Part shown: one piece after another, positions 59,093 through 64,000 of the stretch
Layout: the number at the start of each line of letters is the position of its first letter
How positions within the stretch are numbered: the first letter of the stretch is position 1
NCBI GenBank assembly: GCA_964016885.1
Contig: OZ024761.1
Span: forward strand, 16,182,001 to 16,246,000
Direction: 5' to 3'
DNA from: Eledone cirrhosa
Taxonomy: Eukaryota
DNA length: 64,000 bases
Notes under the pieces: generated by a model
What the model saw: the letters and a program-made list of their open reading frames with translations, nothing else
What the model was told of the DNA's origin: nothing
Database searches by the model: none
Program-made: the position numbers and the translations under genes

Positions 59093-59709
59093 ACTTTGTA
59101 GGCCACACTTAGAATTTGCATCACCAATCTGGAACGTCTATCTTCCTCAGAACATTGACCTCCTGGAAACTGTTCAGAGATATGAAACCAAGCGCATACC
59201 CTCCATCAGGCATCTACCATACTCTGAACGCCTTGCTTCCCTGGGCATGGATACATTGAAGCTCCGACGTCTGGCAACTGACTTGGTAAACACCCACAAA
59301 ATTATTAACCATCTTGCCAACAACAACCCTGAGTACCTTTTTGAATTCCATGTATCTAACACACATGGGCATGCCTACAAAGTCAGAAAACAGCACAGCT
59401 CCCATGACTTTCGGAAACATTTCTTCATGTTCAGAGTTGCTGAAGCATGGAACAAACTACCTGCATCAGTTGTGAGCTGTCGAGACACTGCATCCTTTAA
59501 AACCTCCATGCTTCCTGAAATTTGCCAACACTACACCTGATATCCCCTCTCCATACACACACACACATGTATATCATGACTCATTCACTGTTCACTTTCC
59601 TGACATTTGTACATTATTCTATGTACTATACATGCACATTTGATGAGTTGTAGTGCACCTGAGTACTGTACACAATAATTTCATTAAAAGCATTATTATT
59701 ATTATTATT
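59093..59709 (+). mobile_element. CR1-group LINE 3' fragment
   Basis: RPHLEFASPIWN...LETVQR...LPYSERLASLGMDTLKLRRL..DL...HKI...TxGHAYK...RKHFF..RVAEAWNKLP is a typical CR1 ORF2 C-terminus; (ATT)n tail. Confidence 0.9.
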
Positions 59710-61142
59710 TGGTGTTAGCTTAAACCTTTAGTTACCAACCTTGCCAAAACCGGGTCTGGTTCTATGAAATAAAACCACCCATTTAAAAGGTTTCCAATTT
59801 AAATTAAAATCTTCCAACATAATTTTATATAAGAACCCTACATTAAGTTACTATCTTAGTAATAAAGTAATTAATAATTTTAGTAAATCCCTCAAAATAC
59901 TTCATTAACACACACACACACACACATACATGTGCACACACCTATACATGCAACCACACAATACACCACAACAACCACACATACCAGCATATACATACCA
60001 GCATACACACACTCACAGATATGTACGAACACACACCTCCACCAACAACACACTTAGCACCCACACACGCGCAAATGCATCGTAATGTGCACCCCACCTA
60101 CACATACACTCACCCCCACCCCCACACCACTCCCCCTCTCCTCTTTAATATTTTAATTTTTGTATTTTTCTTTCTAAATTCATTTTTAACAACCTTTTAA
60201 ACAGGTAGGGGACCCTGGTGTAGACCCTGGGCAAGATTATTGGATATCATCAATGAGCTTAGTTGATCTTGCTTGGGAATCCAGCCAGATCCAGTTGGAG
60301 GTGGTTGCTTCTGACAAGACCTGCTGGGAGGAGTGTTTGAATAAGTGGGCAAAGAAAAGAAAAGACTATACATGCACCTTTGATGAGTTGTAGTGCACCT
60401 GAGCACTGTACACAATAATTTCATTATTATTATTATTAAAAACCTTCTATTTATTTTTTTGTATTTTTCATTCTTTAATGTTATTTTCTTTGTCAGTTTC
60501 CTTTTGTGTTATTCCTGATGAAGGGCAGATGCCTGATACGTTGACTATGTAACTCATTCTTCTCCCATCAAGCGTGAAGCTAATACATTTTATGTTATTG
60601 CATCCTTTTCTTTGTTCATGTCTTGTTTCCTTGACTTATATATATATATATATATTTATCATCATCATCGTCATTTAAACGTTTGCTTTCCCTGCTATAC
60701 ATACATATAGTTATATATCTATATATATAGAGATCGCTGAAACTCACCGAGGAGATGACGAAGGACCGTGACAAGTGGAGAGATGCTGTGCTCAATAGGA
60801 CCTGTCCAACCCTTGCAAGCAGAGAAAAGCGAACGTAAAATGATGATGATGATGATGATATATATATATATGTACTTATATATATAAAAAAAAACACACA
60901 GTCCACGCTGTAATGTGGCCGTGTAGGTAACACGGTAAAAACCTCCCAGTCCACACTGCAAACGTGGTTGGTGTTAGGAAGGGCATCCAGCCGTAGAAAA
61001 CCCACCAGACAGTCCTATACGAGCAGGACAACAAATCTTGCCTCAAGTGGGAGAACCCCCCCCCCCGTCCAAACCCATGCAAGCGTGGAAGATGGACGTT
61101 AAACAATGATGATGATGATGATGATATATATACATATATGTG

Positions 61143-61178
<36 letters not shown>

Positions 61179-61519
61179 CACACACACATGCACATACACA
61201 TACACACATGCACACACAAACGCACACAAACTGAGGAAGCACTAGGGGGTGAGGGCGAGAGGTGGTGGCCTAGTTGTAATAATTTATAAAGTTTGTATTC
61301 TTGCAGGCTTTCTTTGTTGTTATTTTCTTTCTTTGTCTGTACACACACACACACACACACTCACACTCACACTCACACACACATACACACACACATATAT
61401 ATATATATTTGCCTTAACCTACTTAAAACTCTACTGGCCTACAGCTTTCTTTCATCCAACATTTAAGACTTGTTTTTTTTTCTAGTATTTTTTTTTGTTA
61501 CTGTTGTTTTGCTTGTTGT

Positions 61520-62354
61520 AGTTGTGGTTTGTGTGTGTGTGTGTGTGTGTGTGTATTTGTGTCTGTGTGTGTGTAGTTGTGTGCATGTGTATGTGTGTAT
61601 TTGTGTGCATGTGTATGTGTGTGTGTATTTGTGTGCATGCGCGTGTGTTTGTGTAAGTGTGTGTGTGTGTATTTGTGTGCATGCGCGCGTGTGTATTTGT
61701 GTGTGTGTGTGTGTATGTATTTGTGTGCATGCGCGTGTGTGTATTTGTGTAAGTGTGTGTGTGTATGTGTGTGCATGTATGTTTGTGTGTTTGTGTATGT
61801 GTGTCTGTGTCTGTGCATGATGTGTTTGTGTGTGCATGTGTCTCTTTACGTGTGTGTGTGTGTATTTGTCTGTATGTATGTGTGTGTGTGTGTGCATGTG
61901 TGTCTGTATGTGTGTGCGTGTGTGTGTGTGTGCATGTGTGTCTGTATGTGTATGTGTGTGTGTGTGCATGTGTGTCTGTATGTATATGTGTGTGTGCATG
62001 TGTGCCTGTATGTATGTGTGTGTGTGTGTGCATGTGTGTCTGTATGTATATGTGTGTGTGTGTGCATGCGTGTCTGTATGTATGTATGTGTGTGTGTGTG
62101 TATGTGTGTCTCTATGTATGTATGTGTGTGTGTCTGTATGTATATGTGTGTGTGTGTGCATGTGTGTCTATGTATATATGTGTGTGTGTGTGTGCATGTG
62201 TGTCTGTATGTATATGTGTGTGTGTGTGTGCATGTGTGTCTGTATGTATGTGTGTGTGTGTGTGTGTGCATGTGTGTCTGTATGTATGTATGTGTGTGTG
62301 TGTGTGTATGTGTGTGTGTCCATATGTATGTGTGTGTGTGTGTGTGTCTCTATA

Positions 62355-62385
<31 letters not shown>
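61520..62385. repeat. (TG)n-based composite microsatellite
   Basis: Seen directly. Confidence 0.95.
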
Positions 62386-62392
<7 letters not shown>

Positions 62393-62794
62393 AGAGAAAG
62401 ATGTGGAGAGAGAGAAAGAGAGATATTTCTATTTATTTATTAGTCTTTCTCTTTTTAGCTTTTCCTTTCTTCCTTTTTGCTTTCTTCTATCTCCTCTCTC
62501 TATCCTCTTTCATGTATATGTGTGTGTGAACGTGTTTGTGTGTGTGTGTGTGTGTGAATCAACCTCACGATCATGAGCCTAATTCCTTAACCACAGAGCC
62601 ACGCACCTTCATACATTTATAACTGCACCTACTGTCATCATCATCATCATCATCATCATTGATGGCCCAGGCAAGTCTTTTCCAGTACAGCCTCCTTCAA
62701 TTCATTGCAGACCTTCCTCATCTCCTTGATAAGTTTCAGTGTCTTCCTTGGTCTCCCTTTACTGCAGCTTCCTTCCACTGGGATTTCTTACCAA

Positions 62795-62930
62795 AGCAAC
62801 TAAAGCATTCCTGAGAAAATTCCAAACCATTGAACAGAGCATTGAATATCACGAGGATCATATTTTCAATGTAGATAAGACAGGGTTTATATTGGAAAAG
62901 AATGCCTTTTAGGACATTGGTTGCCATTAA
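62795..62930 (+). mobile_element. pogo/Tigger transposase remnant
   Basis: HIFNVDKTG, then a +1 frameshift to LYWKRMPFRT, matching the IFNxDETGLxWKxMP motif. Confidence 0.65.
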
Positions 62931-64000
62931 AGTAAAGTCTTTATTAACCCTTTAGCATTCACATTATTTTATATATACTATTATATTTTCATGGTAAAGG
63001 CTTTACCTCACATAATTATCTCACATAATATCGAATCTATGAGATTTTGAAAGTATTTATTTTGAGGACAATACTTTAACATCAGTTTGAGCGACCAATT
63101 ACAGCCAGTTTCAACAGAAAGAGGTAGAGAATTCTGGCCGGTTTTGGCTGGTTTGAACACTAAAGGGTTAAGATTTAAACCTTTTTGATACCAACCTACC
63201 CAAAATTCTGTCTTTTTTATGAGACAAAACCAACCAGTTTAACCCTTTAGCATTTACATTACTCTGTATTTTCGCAGAAAAGGCTGTATCTTATCACTGT
63301 CACTTTCCTGTATTATTCTGAAAAAAAACAAACCTTTTGTAGTTCACCCTTCGTATGTGTCCGGCTTTAGAACTACTACACCATGTGTCCGGCTTTAGAA
63401 CAATTCCAGTATGTGTCCCTATGCATCACTGAAGGTGACAAATTGGCAGAGTCATTAGAACGCTGGACAGACTACTTTGTGGCATTTGTTCCAGATCTCT
63501 GCTCCCTGAGTTCAAATCCAACCGAGGTCAACTTTCTCTTTCATTCATTTAACCCTTTACATTACTCTGTATTTACTATTGTATTTTCACAGTAAAGGCT
63601 TTACCTCACATAATTATCTCACATAATATCGAATCTATGAGATTTTGAAAGTATTTATTTTGAGAACAATACCTTAATGTCAGTATGAGGGACCTGTTGG
63701 GGCTGGTTTGAATAGAAAGAGGTGAGAGAATTCTGGCCAGATATGGCCACTTTAAAGTATTCTACTTTTAAATTAAAATCTTCCAACATATTTTAATCTA
63801 AGAACCTTCTGTTAATGAAATGATTAATAATTTTAGTAAATCTCTCCAAATTCTTCATTGATTAATTCAAATTCAGTATAATTAGAAATTGTAGGCCCCT
63901 GGGTAAGGTTGTTTGTGGAAGACCAGCCGTCTCCTATGCATACCAGCCGTCTCCTATGCATACCAGCCTCTCCTCTCCATGCCACTGATGTTGTCCAAGG

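Noticed and set aside
59636-59670. TGATGA...CTGA as a box C/D snoRNA
   Set aside because: The boxes are only ~12 nt apart, and the sequence is the multi-copy CR1 3' tail.

Overview
AT-rich, microsatellite-dense eukaryotic DNA. The repeat repertoire (tRNA-derived SINEs with V-/Meta-like bodies, RTE LINEs carrying a PHD finger, R4/Dong, CR1 and Tx1 fragments, long (TA)n arrays) suggests a coleoid cephalopod such as Octopus; this is inference, not a database match. One protein-coding gene can be reconstructed by hand on the + strand: a 14-exon FAM234 (FAM234B/ITFG3)-like FG-GAP beta-propeller membrane protein. It runs from ATG 12802 to TGA 37328 (2220 nt, 739 aa), with all introns GT-AG and phase-consistent. 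An ETS-type promoter lies at ~12.4 kb, and a probable second promoter or 5' exon at ~45-46.2 kb. Almost all other ORFs in the track are microsatellite artefacts or decayed transposon pieces. The most notable items are: (1) two adjacent ~330-345 bp palindromes in which each arm carries a complete type I hammerhead ribozyme with covarying stem II, part of a wider set of foldback, Penelope-like inserts in (TA)n; (2) an apparent GPI-signal or second membrane anchor at the C-terminus of the FAM234-like protein; (3) an inverted pair of RTE LINEs bracketing two in-frame-skippable exons; (4) Tx1-like 3' ends stacked in a (TCTA)n array; (5) a modular LINE/SINE system with swapped 3' tails. Coordinates were counted by eye, so repeat boundaries are approximate.
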